This document shows positions 63,941 to 64,000 of a DNA stretch of 64,000 nt, piece by piece. The stretch's first letter is position 1. Every line of letters starts with the position of its first letter. The DNA lies in NCBI GenBank assembly GCA_030390025.1, contig JASTWF010000035.1:3472001-3536000 (forward strand). Reading direction: 5' to 3'. The position numbers and the translations under genes were made by a program. The notes beneath the pieces are model-generated. The model ran no database searches and had not been told where the DNA came from. It saw nothing but the letters and a program-made list of their open reading frames with translations. The stretch comes from Squalus acanthias. Taxonomy: Eukaryota.

Positions 63941-64000
63941 ATACACAAATCACTAAAAGTTGCGACACATGTTAGCAAGACCATAAAAAAAGCAAACCAA

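Overview
Eukaryotic DNA from a cartilaginous fish, most likely a shark: it carries HE1-type V-SINE and SacSINE1-type DeuSINE elements and abundant CR1 LINEs. The only host coding sequence I can recognise is the first coding exon of FBXO41 (62208-62923, + strand). A CpG/CCAAT promoter-like stretch at about 1.9-2.1 kb, flanked by two minisatellites, probably marks the gene start. If so, most of the window is a ~60-kb 5' intron, which by eye is roughly nine-tenths nested retroelements (several CR1 subfamilies, L2, a second LINE family here called 'B', SINEs and a few MITEs). Reassembling the nests by eye gives six main observations. (1) LINE family B appears to begin with a tRNA(Thr)-like Pol III head followed directly by an EN-RT ORF with no ORF1, and a short 5'+3' bipartite derivative of it is present. 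(2) A 95-bp TSD-flanked insert carries a minimal Penelope-type hammerhead ribozyme. (3) An ~11.5-kb inversion has 8-bp microhomology at its breakpoints. (4) A 15.9-kb nested stack split the promoter minisatellite. (5) A very young CR1 has a full ORF2 broken by a single stop codon. (6) The promoter minisatellite units each contain a splice-donor-like site, a hairpin and a TAATCGATTA palindrome. Repeat boundaries were read by eye and are approximate unless a TSD is quoted.
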